Source: Octopus sinensis
Taxonomy: Eukaryota
NCBI RefSeq assembly: GCF_006345805.1
Contig: NC_043019.1
Span: forward strand, 12,275,360 to 12,339,359
Reading direction: 5' to 3'
DNA length: 64,000 bases
Shown here: positions 1 to 13,825 of the stretch, in pieces
Layout of the letters: each line of letters starts with the position of its first letter
How positions within the stretch are numbered: position 1 is the stretch's first letter
Notes under the pieces: generated by a model
Database searches by the model: none
Seen by the model: only the letters and a program-made list of their open reading frames with translations
What the model was told of the DNA's origin: nothing
Translations under genes and position numbers: made by a program

Positions 1-407
1 ATACTCTTGTTTCGGTCATTTGACTGTGGCCATGCTGGAGCACCGCCTTTAATTGAGCAAATCGACCCCAGGACTTATTCTTTGTAAGCCTAGTACTTAT
101 TCTATCGGTCTCTTTTGCTGAACTGCTAAGTTACAGGGACGTAAACACACCGGTATCGGTTGTCAAGCAATGTTGGGGGGGGGGCACAAACACAGACATA
201 CAAACATATACACACACACACATAAATATATATACATATATACGACAGGCCTCTTTCAGTTTCTGTCTACCAAATCCACTCACAAGGCTTTGGTCAGCCC
301 AAGGCTATAGTAGAAGACACTTGCCCAAGGTGCCATGCAGTGGAACTGAACCCGGAACCATGTGGCTAGTTAGCAAGCTACTTACCACACAGCCACTCCT
401 ATGCCTA
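1..407 (-). mobile_element. tRNA-derived SINE family A
   Basis: Head with Pol III A/B-box-like TGGCTGTGTGG/GGTTCAGTCCC, a CCTTGGGCAAGT core-like motif, central TA/TG tract and CCAGCATGGCC...GAAACAAG tail. More than 20 full or partial copies in the window. Confidence 0.85.
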
Positions 408-3400
408 TATATATATGTGTATGAAACATCATGTTAATTGTCCACTCTTGCATAGTCTGGACAGGTGTTCTCTATCATAGCATCTCCTCATTTGTTGCAG
501 TACTTTATCATCTCATTTGTAGGGTTTAACCCCTCTTGAGATCAGCCATCATATTATCTTCCAGTCTTCCTTTTCCACAGGTTCTTCTCATTTATGTTGT
601 TCAGTATTTCTTCCCCCTAACTTGTCAACCTTTCACAGGGGTCACCTGTCTGCAGAATATGATAATTGGTACAGCAGTATGGATGCTGATGGTTTCACAT
701 GGCTCACTGGACTTTCAGCCTGTTTTGGTGATGGTACTTCTTGGAACTGGAGGCAAATGACCCACACCCACACATTCACGCACACGCAGAAATATAGACA
801 GACATACAGACAGAAAGAGCAAGCGAGCATGACATTACAATTTATTAACTGAACCTGATTGATATAAACGCTTTTCCACTCCTCATACAGAGAGAGAGAG
901 AGAGAGTGAAGAGGAGGAGGTGGAGGAGGAGGAGGGAGTCACATTACACATAGAAACATAACTAGGTTCTTACACACACACAAACAGAGGAAAGAGAGAG
1001 AAAGAGTGATTACAATTTTTTAAATAGGACATGGTTGACACAAATACTTTCCAGCTACTTCTACACATAGACTGAGAGAGGAGGAGAGAGACGCTCATAT
1101 ACACATTATACATGCAAGCACAATTAGTCCCTCACACAGAGACAGAGGGAGGGCAAGTGAGAGAGAGACGTTCCAATTTATTAATTTAACATTGTTGACA
1201 TATTTTCCCTTTTCGTACACATAAAGAGAAATATATCGACACACAGAAACAGAGAGAGTGAGAAAAATGAAACATTGAAACGTCTGGTGTCAAATAAGTC
1301 ATCATCAACTCAGCAATAGCTAAGAGGCAGTGCCGAAACGGCTGTGCTGAAATGGCTGTGCTGGAATGTCTTGCACCCACCTATCTGTATTAGTGCAGTT
1401 TTCTCTCTTTTACTTTACATCTGATTTCTTTTCTGTCCAGTTTCCTGCTTAACTCATTTCTGCTGTCATTAATGCACATTAACTCTTTTGACACCCGGCT
1501 GAAACTGCCTCTAGCTCTGTAGTACAAAATGTCTCGTTTTCAAGAGTTCTGAATTAAAATCTTCCACCAAACCTCAGTCACAATTTATGTTCCTAACACT
1601 AGCTTAATGATAACTAGGTTATTTTACTAAATTCTTTGTTATATTTAAAATGAATCGAAAGAAACACAGAACATCTCAACAGAAATATGGTAACAAAAGG
1701 GCTGACCATTTAGCATTTAAGCTGGCCATATCCGGTCTAAATACCCCACCTGCTTTGTGTTCAAACTGACCAGATCCAGCCTCTCACACCTACCCCACAA
1801 TGTCATTCTAAAAGCATGTAACCACACCATCCAAATCTCAAGCTATGGGGTAATGCATGATTAATTCAAAACACTGTGGATAAAGGAGGATTATATTTGA
1901 TAGAGTAATTCAAATTTTAAAAGATTGAATATTACAAATCCTGCAGAATTTTTTTTCCAAACTTTGCAGGTCATTCTCATCCAGTGCCCATGTTTCACTA
2001 CCATGTAACACCACACTTCATACCCAAATCATGTGCAATCTGCCTTTCTCTTGGAAAGAGAGCCCCTTTCTGGCCACCTGAGATTACAGGGGCTTCTTGA
2101 ACTTTTTCCATCCAGTTCTTATTAGGCCTATATTCAGTCGGTCATCATCATTGTCATTTTAATTTCTCCCTTTTCCATGTTTGCAAGGGTAAAATGGAAT
2201 TTGTTGAGGTGGATTTTTCTATAGCCAGATGCACTTCCTGTCACAAACTCTCGTCTGTTTCCAAACAAAGTGATATTTCCCCATAACCAGAAAATGTTTT
2301 TCACAGAAGACTGGAAACGAACAACAGTACTTATAAGATGATTAACGCTCATTTACAACCCTCATGTAATGTCAAGATAAGGGTACACACGTGTACATGT
2401 ATGTGTGGCAGGTTTTTTTTTTCAGTTTTTTAGTTTCTGCCTGTAAAGCCCACTCGCAAGGCTTTGGTCATCCAAGGCCACAGTTGATAACACTTGCACA
2501 GAGTACTGGACAGTGGAATTGAACCTGAGGTCACATTTTTAAAAGCAAGCTTTGTAATTACACAGCCACGTCTGTGTCTATTATCACTTTTTTATTAATA
2601 GTGGTTGCATAAATAAGTGAAGGCACAAGTCCTGGGGTCAATAAAATCCTTCAAAGTGGTACCCCAGCATGACTGTAGTTAAATGACTGAAACAAGTAAA
2701 AAGTAAAAAAAGATATTTTTATAATTGATTAATTAGGAATTTTATAAAACAAATTAAAATATTTCGAGTATTGTAGAAGGACAACCAAATTTTAACAAGA
2801 AAATCTTATATGGACTATTATGGGCCATATACACCCCAGTTACGAATCATTGGTCCACGCCCTGTCCCTGTCTTCTAGGAAAAACCTTTGTTGTTATTTA
2901 CCTCATGTCTGTGTCCCATTTTCCCTCTCATTTCATATGAGATAGTTTCCAGCTGAATTACTGCCTTCATATCAAATATTGACTTATCATTCAGCAAACT
3001 TTGTGATATGCTCTGTTTATCTCGGTGGGTGGTAGGTGCATGTCTTACAAATTCATTGTTGAGCCATAAGTAGTTGGCAATTGTTACACTCTTAACTCTT
3101 TACACCAAACAATCACAGCCATAGTCATTCCTACTACCTACACGTAGCTGACTTTCTATACCTTAACTTCTAGAGATCTGTTCTCCTAGTCTTTAATATT
3201 TTACTGGTTTCAGTCATCAGACTGTGGCCATGCTGGGGCACCACCTTCAAGAATTTTTAGTCGAACAAATCAACCCCACTCCTTATTTTTATTCTAAGCC
3301 TTGTACTTATTCTGTTGGTCTCTTTTAGCTGAATCACCTAGTTCCTGGGTCACACTGACACTGGGTGTTGTGTGTATATATAAACACAAGCTTCTTTCGG

Positions 3401-3978
3401 TGTCTGCCTACCAAATCCACTCACAAGGCTTTGGTTGGCCCAAGGTGCTATGCAGTGGAACTGAACCTGGGACCTTGTGGTTGGGAAGCAAGCTTCTTAC
3501 CACACAGCCATGCCTGCATCTATAGTTATTTTTATGTTGTTTTTTTTTAATCTTTTATGTGTGGGTGTGGGTGTGTGGTTAAAAAGCTTGCTTCCCAACT
3601 CTGTGATCTTGGGTTCAATCCCACTATGTGGCACTTTGAGCAAATGTCTACTATTATAGATCTGGGCTGAACAAAGCCTTATGAATGGATTTGGTAGATG
3701 GAAACTAAAAGAAGCCTGTGTTTATCTGTGTGTGTATGTGTGTGCGTGTGTGTGTGATTTGTGTGTGTGTACCCTTGTCTTAACATTATGTGATGGTTAT
3801 AGCCAAACTTCATTCAGGCAATGTTGATTGTTTCTAGTCTTTTGTGAAAAACATGTCAGGCTGTGGAAAAACAGTTGAAGGTTGGCAACTGGAAAGGCAT
3901 CTAATCTCAATAAATTCCATCTGACCCAGTGATGCATGAAAAAGTGGAAATTAAAATGATGTTAATTGCTGTATCATT

Positions 3979-4310
3979 GCATGGCTCAGTGGTTAGAGCG
4001 TCAGGCTCCCAACCATGAGGTAGTGAGTTCAATTCCTGGACCGGGCTGTGTGTTGCATTCTTGAGCAAGACCCTCTATTTCATGATGCTCCAGTTAACTC
4101 AGCTGTAGAAATGAGTTGTGACATCACTGGTGCCATGCTGTATCGGCCCCTTTGCCTTTCCCTGGGATGACATCGGTGGTATGAAGAAGGGAGGATGGTA
4201 TGTGTGTGCGTCTAATAGTCTCCCATAAACAACCTTGCCCAGAACTGTGCCTCGGAGGGTATCTTTTTAGATGCATCCCTTTTGTCATTCGAGACCGAAA
4301 GGGGTCTATA
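3979..4310 (+). mobile_element. tRNA-derived SINE family D
   Basis: TGGCTCAGTGGTTAGAGC...GAGTTCAATTCC head. Homologs at 43613-43960 (+) and 48170-48680 (-). Confidence 0.75.
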
Positions 4311-5887
4311 TATAGTGACTCTTTCTGGACTGTGGTCATACCCTGCCCGTAACACACTAAATTTCTCATTTTATTTTTTGGAATGGGGTATGTTTAATTG
4401 TTGTTTAACCCTGAGTTAGTCATGACCATGCAGACTCTGATCACAAACAGTCTAGACATAGTGCATCTAAGACTATACAACCCAGTGTGCCAAGTTTTAC
4501 AAAGACTGCAATGATTGTAAAATATGATATGAGGAGAAATTTGGTTGCTACTTCTTGCAGGTTGAGCTACCACTGAAAGGCTCCTCTACTGTCCACACTC
4601 TCTCCCCCCGCCCCCTCTCTGTCTTCTTTTACTTGTTTCCGTCATTCTGCCGTGGCCATGCTGAAGCACTGCCTCAAAAGGATTTAGTTGAACAAATCAA
4701 CCTCAGTCCTTTTTTTTTTTCTTTTCTTCTTTTTGAAGTTTGGAATTTACTATATCGGTGTCTTTTGCTGAACTGCCAAGTTACTGGGATGTAAATAGCA
4801 AAACTGGTTGTGGTTGTCAAGTAGTGGAGAGTCAAGGACATAGACAGATATGTGTACGTGTGTGTGTATATATGTTTGTATATATTCCAAACCAGTCTAT
4901 CAAATAACTTTCCCCCATGCACATACTTTGTTGTGAGGGCCTTCCTCTCTTTGTTCTTTCCTGTCCTGCATGTTACTTGGCAACCCCTCTAGTGCTGGTG
5001 TCACGAAAAAAGAACCCTACACACACAGTAAAGTGGTTGGTGTTTGAAGGGCATCCAGCTATAGGAACTATGCCGTTAATGACGACATGGAACCTGATGC
5101 TTCCATGTGGCCTACTGGATCCTGTTCAAACCATCCCACACATGCCAGCATAGAAGTCAGATTTAAAACGATGATGATGATGAACAGCCATAACATTATA
5201 AGTATTTTTAGGAAAGCTCCAAAGTTGACAGAGAATACAGCATCGGCACACTTGTAGGCAACAAGCCTACTAGTTGTTGACCCAATGTAGAAGCTTCCAG
5301 ATTGTGTCACGTCTATTGGATACAGCTTCTAAAACAAAAAAAAACATACTGGAAGACAACAATAACACAACATATATAAACTTGCTATAATTTAGAATAT
5401 TTTTCTACGGAGAAACATTTGCCAAAATACTCTATGATGTCTCTCTGAGAGGAAAGGAAAAAATATATATAATAAAACTAACATCAGACCATGATAGACT
5501 ACACAGGACTTTGACATTCCGTTTACTATCAGTGCCAATTGACCTGATGTATGTTACAATAGTTCTTTCTTTCTTTCGTTTTTTGCGTATCAGCTATTAT
5601 TATTAATGACAGAATAGCCAATTTTTTTATAGGCTGGTAACCTCTTCAGCTTTGTTGTCGCTGATTATACTGTGTATCTATTAATTAGGTTGCTCCTTTA
5701 TCAGAATGTCGTATTTGCTATGTTTATAAATGAGTGCTCCAGCTGGGATTCTCGATTTTGCGAGTGTTCTTGCAATACAGTTTATCTTATATGTCATGCA
5801 TTCATTCAGTCAGTCGGTCGGTGGGTGGATCTGACAGGAATATGAGCATTGGGACGTTGTTTGAAAGAGATGGGTACTAGTTTATAG

Positions 5888-6486
5888 GCTTACCAACCAC
5901 ATGGTTCCAGGTTCAGTCCCACTGCGTGGCACCTTGGACAAGTATCTTCTACCTATAGCCTTGGGCCGACCAAAGCCTTGTGGGTGGATTTGGTAGACGG
6001 AAACTGAAAAAGAAGCCCGTCATATATATATATATATATATATATATTCAAAATGTGACTGCGTGTGTACTGTTGGCGAATATTTTTTCCTCTGTCTTCC
6101 CTTCTCTGGATCTTTCCTTCTATGTTTCCGACGAAGAGCTCCGCTCGAAACATTAAACCCTCCTTCTTTCCTGAGCATCCAATAATACTATATTTGTTCC
6201 ACGTCCTCGCGTTGTTGTGTTTTTTTGTGCTTTCTTGTTTGGATTAACTTTATATATATATATGTGTATATGTGTGTGTTTGTGTGTCTGTGTTTGTCCC
6301 CCCAACATCGCTTGACAACCAATGCTGGTGTGTTTACGTCTCCGTAACTTAGCGGCTCGGCTAAAGAGACTGATAGAATAAGTACTAGGCTTACAAAGAA
6401 TAAGTCCTGGGGTCGATTTGCTTGACTAAAGGCGAAGCTCCAGCATGGCCACAGTCAAATGACTGAAACAAGTAAAAGAGTAAAAG
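5888..6486 (+). mobile_element. SINE family A carrying the 200-bp hammerhead element
   Basis: Family A sequence on both sides of 6053-6249. Confidence 0.8.
6053..6249 (+). mobile_element. ~200-bp TA-tract-inserted element with minimal hammerhead motif (6124-6158)
   Basis: GTTT-CCGACGA-A-GAGC-tcc-GCTC-GAAAC-ATT-AAAC. Same element and boundaries at 52119-52319. Confidence 0.65.
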
Positions 6487-6853
6487 TTCAATCTCCATCT
6501 AGTAGAACTGTGTATCACCATGTTATATAATGCACCTGATGATGAAGAGAGATTAAAATGGTTTAACATTTAGTGTTTGTACAGAACAAGAGAGAGAGAG
6601 AGAGAGAGAGGTATGGCTGTGTGGTTGAGAATCTCATTTTGCAACACTGTGGTTTTGGGTTCCGTCCCACTGTATAGCACCTTGGGCAAGTGTCGGCCAA
6701 GCCTCAGACTGACCAATGCTGTGTAAATTTAATTTGGTAGATGGAAACTGTGCAGAAGACTTTCATGTTTGTGTGAGTATATGTGTATGAGTGTACGTGT
6801 GTGTGTATATATATATTCACACATACACATGTGATGGGCTTCTTTCAGTTTCT

Positions 6854-7247
6854 TATTTCTTTATTGCCCACAAGGGGCTACAGACAAAGGGATTAAGTTG
6901 ATTACATCGACCCCAGTGCATAACTGGTACTTAATTTATTTATCCCGAAAGGATGAAAGGCAAAGTCGACCTTGGCAGAATTTGAACTCAGAACGTAACG
7001 GCAGATGAAATACCTATTTCTTTACTACCCACAAGGGGCTAAACACAGAGAGGACAAACAAGGACAGACAAAGGGATTAAGTCGATTATATCAACCCCAG
7101 TGCGTAACTGGTACTTAATTAATTGATCCCGAAAGGATGAAAGGCAAAGTCGACCTCGGCGGAATTTGAACTCAGAACGTAGCAGCAGACGAAATACCAC
7201 AAAGCATTTCGCCCGGCGTGCTAACGTTTCTGCCAGCTCTCTGCCTT
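6854..7247 (-). mobile_element. SINE family B dimer
   Basis: Head GGCGAGCTGGCAGAA...GAGTTCAAATTCC, body GCCTTTCATCCTTTCGGGGTCGAT. Two body units. ~15-bp TSD cttctttcagtttct. Confidence 0.8.
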
Positions 7248-8373
7248 CTTTCAGTTTCTGTCAACCAGATTCACAAGGCTTGGTCACCTGGGGCTATTGT
7301 AGAAGAGACTTGTCCAAGGTGCCATGCAGTTGAATTGAACCCAAAACAATGTGGTTGGGAAGCAAACTTCTTAACCACGCAGTGATGCCTGCACCTAGCC
7401 ATGCCTCTAGTTTCTGTTACTTAATTATCGCTTTGTATTTTACTATTACTCCTACTCCTTCCCAAATTCTAACTTCCTGGTGGACATTGTTATTGGTTCA
7501 TTATCCTGATGATGATGGCGTTGGTAGTGGTTATGGTGTTGACCTAATTAGTAAATGGAGTGAGGTGGGGCCAAAGATAGAGCAACAGAGGAAAATATTT
7601 AACATTTGAGTGAAAGAGCATTTTTTTTTTATCTACAAATGTTGTTGTTGCTGTTAGAGGAAGAGGAGGATGAAGAAGTGTGAGGGAGTAGGAGTGGTGA
7701 TTATCATCTTATGTGAAATCACAGAGCACTGGCAAACAGCAGGGAATCTGACCAGCTGAAAGACTGACCATCTGACTAACAAACCCTGGGAAATATTCAA
7801 CAGTGTAAAAACCATGAATAATCACCATATTTAATGGTGTAAGAAAGACACTGACACATTAGACACACCCCCAATTTCAGTAGCTCATATTCTGGAAAAA
7901 AATGTTTTTTAACATATCAATGCATTGTAATTATTAGCTTATCTATAGAAGTATAGAAGGCTCAAATTGCATATAGGATCTGGGTGAGTGGAGTGGAGTG
8001 GTGGTGGTGGTGGTGGTGTTGGGGACGTTGGACATTGTTTTCTTTGTAAAAAAAAAAATGTCTTTTATGCTATCAAATACTGTAAAACTGGTTTGTATAT
8101 GCAAGTTAGATATTACTTCTCGGTATTGATACTGCCACTGTTAACAATATATATATATTTTTAGAGTTTCTCTCATGGTTGTATACTGTTTGTTCTAACA
8201 GCACATCTCTCATGGTAACCACCACAGTATAGTCTGTTCTAACAGAACATCTGCATTTAAGTGGGGTAAATATTACTGCTCAATATTAATGCCACCTCTG
8301 GGGCTAATATGTATTTTTTAAGAAGCTCTCTGGCTAATTGCAACACCAGCACCTGTTCTGGTACTATTTTCCT

Positions 8374-8519
8374 ATATATCGCTGGTGGGGAGACGAATCA
8401 CTGGTATCTCTAGTAGTCAAGCATCCATCACCGATGAGACCAAGGAAGGTCGAAATCATGTGATCTGGTGGTCTTGGCGATAGAGATGGCAATGATTTAT
8501 CTCTCGATTAGCGATGTAA
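8374..8519 (+). ncRNA. Long hairpin capped by a degenerate hammerhead-like core
   Basis: CCGATGA-GACC-aaggaa-GGTC-GAAA at 8431-8455. The flanking arms pair (atatcgctgg...atctcta with tagagatgg...tagcgatgt). The cleavage-site region is degenerate. Confidence 0.55.
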
Positions 8520-9777
8520 ACAAGTGCACATTTTGCACCAAAAGCCCATATGAGAAGTTCTCCTGTGATAAATAATGCAGTATTTTGTGTTTTAAAACAT
8601 CTATTTTTTAAGTGAGAATAAATATTACTTTTTGGTATTAACCCTTAAAGTGCTGGGATTTGCACTTACATAGCATGGACTGCTGAGCACATTTTATGAA
8701 AATGAGACAACCATGCATACTTGAAAAACAAAAAATAGTTAAAATATATTCTTAGTATATAATGGTGGCAAGTTTTATATCATCTGAAAAGTCATTAGTT
8801 GAACTATTAGTGATTTTGTACATGACAGCACATGTTGTCAAGTATAAACAAATGAAATATAGGTACAGGAGTGGCTGTGTGGTAAGTAGCTGGCTTACCA
8901 ACCACATGGTCCCCGGTTCAGTCCCACTGTATGGCACCTTGGGCAAGTGTCTTCTACTATAGCCTTGAGCTGACCAAAGCCTTGTGAGTGGATTTGGTAG
9001 ATGGAAACTGGAAGAAGCCATTCTGGTGGGTATTGGAGCGTTTGAGTGATGTCAGACCCCAACAAACGCCCATAAAATAAATGCATCTCTCTGGGCCACG
9101 ATCGTAGCCTGTTGGCCTGTACTTGACGGCCATGATCATGGGCCATCATGCTTTATATGTTGACACTGCTTTTGTTGCTGATATATGAGGGTTAACAGTA
9201 TCTAACGTGGAGCAACAGCTCTCTATATTGTGTGTGTATGTGTGTGCGCGTGCGGGCATGTGTGTGCATGCGCATGTGTGCGTGTTTTGGTGGCATGTAT
9301 AGCACTAATAATACTATTATTGGATGAAGGATGGTCAAGGCTTTCCATGATTTTGGAGGAAGGATACACTCATTGATACTCTTGTGTGCACACACTCCCA
9401 TCCATCCATACATACATACATACATGCACGCACTTACAAACATACATATACACACGCATTCACATACATTCTCTGACAGAGGCAAACACACTCTGATATA
9501 CTTGAAACTGTTTTAATTATTTAAGTTGACATAGTTTTGAAGAGGCTTGTGTATCAGAAATTTTGATTTCTTGAATGGTGTAGTTAAAACTCTTCATGTG
9601 TACTCACGCATGCACTCTCTCAACTTTTTTCTGTTACCCTATTTCTATAGAAATACATTGACTGTATTCTTTCTTCTATTCTTTCTCTTCTTTCAGTCGT
9701 TAGACTGCGGCCATGCTGGGGCACCACCTTGAATTTTTAATCGAATGAATCGACCCTAGTACTTTTATTCTAGTTTC

Positions 9778-9975
9778 ATCATCATCATCATCATCGTTTA
9801 ACGTCCGTTCTCCATGCTAGCATGGGTTGGACGGTTCGACCAGAGGATCTGGGAAGCCAGGGGGCTGCACCAGGCTCCAGTCTGATCTGGCAATGTTTCT
9901 ACAGCTGGATGCCCTTCCTAACGCCAACCACTCCGTGAGTGTAGTGGATGCTTTTTACGTGCCACCGGCACAGGT
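9778..9975 (-). mobile_element. (ATG)n-tailed retroposon (RTE-type tail), family E
   Basis: GGAAGGGCATCCAGCTGTAGAAAC...CCAACCCATGCTAGCATGGA...GTTAAACGATGATG. Other copies at ~4985-5182, 18597-19040, 20145-20875, 38360-38580 and 59957-60205. Confidence 0.7.
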
Positions 9976-10308
9976 GTCAGGTGAGGCTTATTTCTTTAAA
10001 AGCCTGGTACTTATTCTATCGTTCTCTTTTGCTGAACTGCTATGTCATGGGGATGTAAACACCACAGCACAAGTCGTCAAGTGGTGGTGGGACACATGGC
10101 AGGCTTCTTTCAGTTTCCGTCTACCAAATCCACTAACAAGGCTTTGGTTAGCCTGTTGCTATCATAGAAGACACTTACCCAAAGTGCTACATAGTGTGAC
10201 TGAACCCAGAACCATGTGGTTGGGAAGCAAACTTTTTACCACACAGCCACTCCTGCGCAATTAATTTGTTATTAATTAATTATGAAAGTAATGATTAATT
10301 TTGTAAAA

Positions 10309-10710
10309 TAGGCACAGGAGTGGCTGTGTGGTAAGTAGCTTGTTTACCAACCACATGGTTCTGGGTTCAGTCCCACTGCATGGCACCTTGGGCAAGTGTC
10401 TTCTACTATAGCCTTGGGCCGACCAAAGCCTTGTGAGTGGATTTGGTAGATGGAAACTGAAAGAAGCCCATCGTAAATGTTTGGTGTGTGTGTTTGTGTA
10501 TGTTTGTGTGTCTATGTTTGTCCCCCCCAACATTGCTTGACAACCCATGCTGGTGTGTTTACGTCCCCCGTGACTTAGCAGTTCGGCAAAAGAGACCGAT
10601 AGAATAAGTACTATGCTCACAAAGAATAAGTCCTGGGGTCGATTTGCTCAACTAAAGGCGGTGCTCCAGCACGGGCACAGTCAAATGACTGAAACAAGTA
10701 AAAGAGCAAA
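10309..10710 (+). mobile_element. SINE family A, full length
   Basis: Matches the family consensus head to tail. Confidence 0.85.
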
Positions 10711-11026
10711 TTAATGCCCACATTCCATGCTGGCATGAGTTGGACAATTTTGCCAGGATTTGATTGGCCCAAGAATTACGCCATGCTCCAGTATCTGCTT
10801 TGGCATGGTTTCTACAGCTGGATGCCTTTCCTTGTTCTAGTTAGTGTTTGGAACGTGAATTGCTGTGAACTTTTGATGGAAGAATGTCTTCCTTTAGATC
10901 AGTTTAAAACAGGAAAATTACATCATGGAAGCAGGGGGTGTTCTCAGACAGTTTAGTATTAAAAGGGTTAATGACATACACTCCCATACAGGCAATTAAT
11001 CACATGCTTTCACATCCACCTTTCTC

Positions 11027-11058
<32 letters not shown>

Positions 11059-11353
11059 CCCCACACACACACACACACACACACACCACACACACACAGA
11101 GGAAATGGAGTATAATATTTCAGATGATTAAAAGTACTTGATAATTTCAAACTTGTTTTGTTTGTGTGTGTGTGAGAGAGAGAAAGAGAGAGAAGCACTG
11201 TAAGGTCAGGAAGTCGAAACTTCGAAGTCCCTGTCAACTTTATCCTTGTGAAAATCAATAAATTGTGTGCATTCTATGAAAAAGTACTGAGTAACTTTTC
11301 AGTTTCATGTGGACTTTTTTTATACATAACTTGTCATAAAAACAGCATATATA

Positions 11354-11394
<41 letters not shown>

Positions 11395-11576
11395 CACACA
11401 CACACAGACAGACACACACACACACATATGCATGCTTCCCAACCATGTGATCCTGGGTTCAGTTCCACTGTGTACCACTTTGGGTATTTTCTACTATTGC
11501 CATGGGCCAACCAAAGCCTTCTCGGTGGATTTGATAGATGGAAACTGAAAGAAACCTTTCGTTATATATATTCTTT

Positions 11577-11984
11577 TTAATTCTTTTACTTTTTCAGTCA
11601 TTTGTCTGCGACCATGCTGGAGCACTGCTTTGAAGGGTTTTTGTCGAATAGTTTGACCCCAGGACTTATTTTCAAGCATAGTACTTATTCTTTTGGTTTC
11701 TTTTGCCAAACTGCTAAGTCACAGGGACATAAACACACCGACAGCAGTTGTCAAGTGACGATGGAGGTAGGAACACATGCAAAGACACACACACATATGT
11801 ATATATACTCACACATATACGACGGGCTTCTTCCAGTTTCCATCTACCAAATCCACTCACAAGGCTTTGGTCGGCCCGAGGCTATAGTAGAAGACACTTG
11901 CCCAAGGTGCCATGCAGTGGAACTGAACCTGGACCATGTGGTTGGTAAGCAAGCTACTTACCACACAGCCACTCCTGTGCCTAT
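11577..11984 (-). mobile_element. SINE family A, full length
   Basis: Matches the family consensus. Confidence 0.8.
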
Positions 11985-12264
11985 AATTCATTTGTTTACA
12001 CTGACAACATGTGCTGTCATGTACAAAATGACATCTTCCAAATCTTGTTTTCTGACTGGGTATAAAATGATCAAACTTTAAGCCACTCTAACTTTTTGAA
12101 ATAAAAAAAAAATTCTGGAAAAAAGTGAATTATCTCCTGAGATCCAGCAAGGAAAATTTACCTCAATACACCAAATTGTAAAATTTTCACTAAACTTTAA
12201 CATTTTCACAGGTGCAACCAAACAGAAAAGATTCACAAAGTTCACTCACAGGGCATTTATCAAC

Positions 12265-12491
12265 TTAACCCTTTAGTGTTCTGATTATTCTATCAAACAT
12301 AATGCTTATTGATTCCCATTGATTTGAATTAATCATGCATTATCTCATATCTTCAAGATCTTGATGGTGTAATTACTTAATGTAGAATAACATTGTAGGG
12401 TAGGTGTGAGAGCCTGGATCTGGTCTGTTTGAACATAAAACAGATTAAATATTTTGGCCGGATATGGCCGGTTTAAATACTAAAGGGTTAA
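12265..12491. mobile_element. piggyBac-like MITE family 1
   Basis: TTAA|CCCTTTAG...CTAAAGGG|TTAA termini. Other copies at 37389-37615, 40743-40971, 44301-44528, 54841-55067, ~55905-56111 and ~1705-1925. Confidence 0.85.
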
Positions 12492-12984
12492 ATGATATTG
12501 TAGATGACACTCTCCCCCAAGCTGCTGTCCACTGGGATCAAACATAAAACCAGATTGTTGTAAATGAACTTCTCAGCTGAGTCTGTCCCTATATACATAT
12601 GAATGTGTTTTATACTTTTTGTTCATTGATATTCCATAAACCTGAATAGGTCGTTTAGGTCATTATTGAAGGGTGTTTCTTTGTGTAGTAGATTTAAGGT
12701 GACTCAGCCTGGTTGATCCCACCTCTGCCCCTTTGGGACTATTGATTTCAGATACAGGTACTGAAAATTTAGGGCTTGGGGCTGGATGTGAAATGCAGGC
12801 ATATGTTCTACAGTTAGTGTTGGTGTGTGCTGGTAGTTGTTGTTGATGGTTAGTGCTGTAGTTAGTGTTTGTGTTAGCGTGGTGGTGGTACTGCAGGGCT
12901 TTCATTGCTCTGATTTCTTTACTGGATGACTAGACGTAGAGCCATTAATCTACTGTGTTTACGCATGCACACTAACAGTCATAT

Positions 12985-13825
12985 TCTCTCATACACACAC
13001 AATCTTTCTCTCACTCTCTCTCTCACACACACACTCTCTCACACACACTCTCTCACACACAATCTCTCTCACACACACACACTCTCTCTCACTCTCTCTC
13101 TCACTCTCTCACACTCTCTCACACACTCTCTCTCACTCTCTCTCTCACACTCTCTCTTGCACACTCTCTCTCGCACACTCTCTCTTGCACACTCTCTCTT
13201 GCACACTCTCTCTTGCACACTCTCTCTTGCACACTCTCTCTTGCACACTCTCTCTCGCACACTCTCTCTCTCGCACACACTCTCTCGCACACACTCTCTC
13301 GCACACACTCTCTCGCACACACTCTCTCGCACACACTCTCTCGCACACACTCTCTCGCACACACTCTCTCGCACACACTCTCTCGCACACACTCTCTCGC
13401 ACACACTCTCTCGCACACACTCTCTCGCACACTCTCTCCCACACACTCTCTCCCACACACTCTCTCCCACACACTCTCTCCCACACACTCTCTCCCACCA
13501 CACTCTCTCCCACACACTCTCCCACACACACTCTCTCACACACTCTCTCACACACTCTCTCCCACACACACACTCTCTCTCACACACTCTCTCCCACCAC
13601 ACTCTCTCTCACTCTCTCACACACACTCTCTCTCACACACACTCTCTCTCAAACACTCTCTCAGAAACACTCTCTCACTCTCTCTCTCACACACACCCTC
13701 TCTCTCACTCACTCTCTCTCTCTCTCACACTCTCTCACACTCTCACACACACTCTCACATACATACACACGCTCTCTCTCTCTCTCTCATACACTCAATG
13801 TCACTCACTCACTCACTCAATCACA
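12985..13825. repeat. Compound CA/CT microsatellite with 14-16-bp higher-order units
   Basis: tctctcttgcacac, then tctctcgcacacactc, then tctctcccacacactc blocks. Confidence 0.9.

Noticed and set aside
10309-10390. tRNA-like sequences in SINE heads
   Set aside because: No complete cloverleaf, and they run directly into SINE bodies.
11602-12081. Recurrent ORFs such as DGLLSVSVYQIHSQGFGRPEAIVEDTCPRCH suggesting a gene family
   Set aside because: Antisense translation of SINE family A.
12663-12905. 80-aa minus-strand ORF with protein-like composition
   Set aside because: Low complexity, no recognisable domain, no supporting neighbouring exons.
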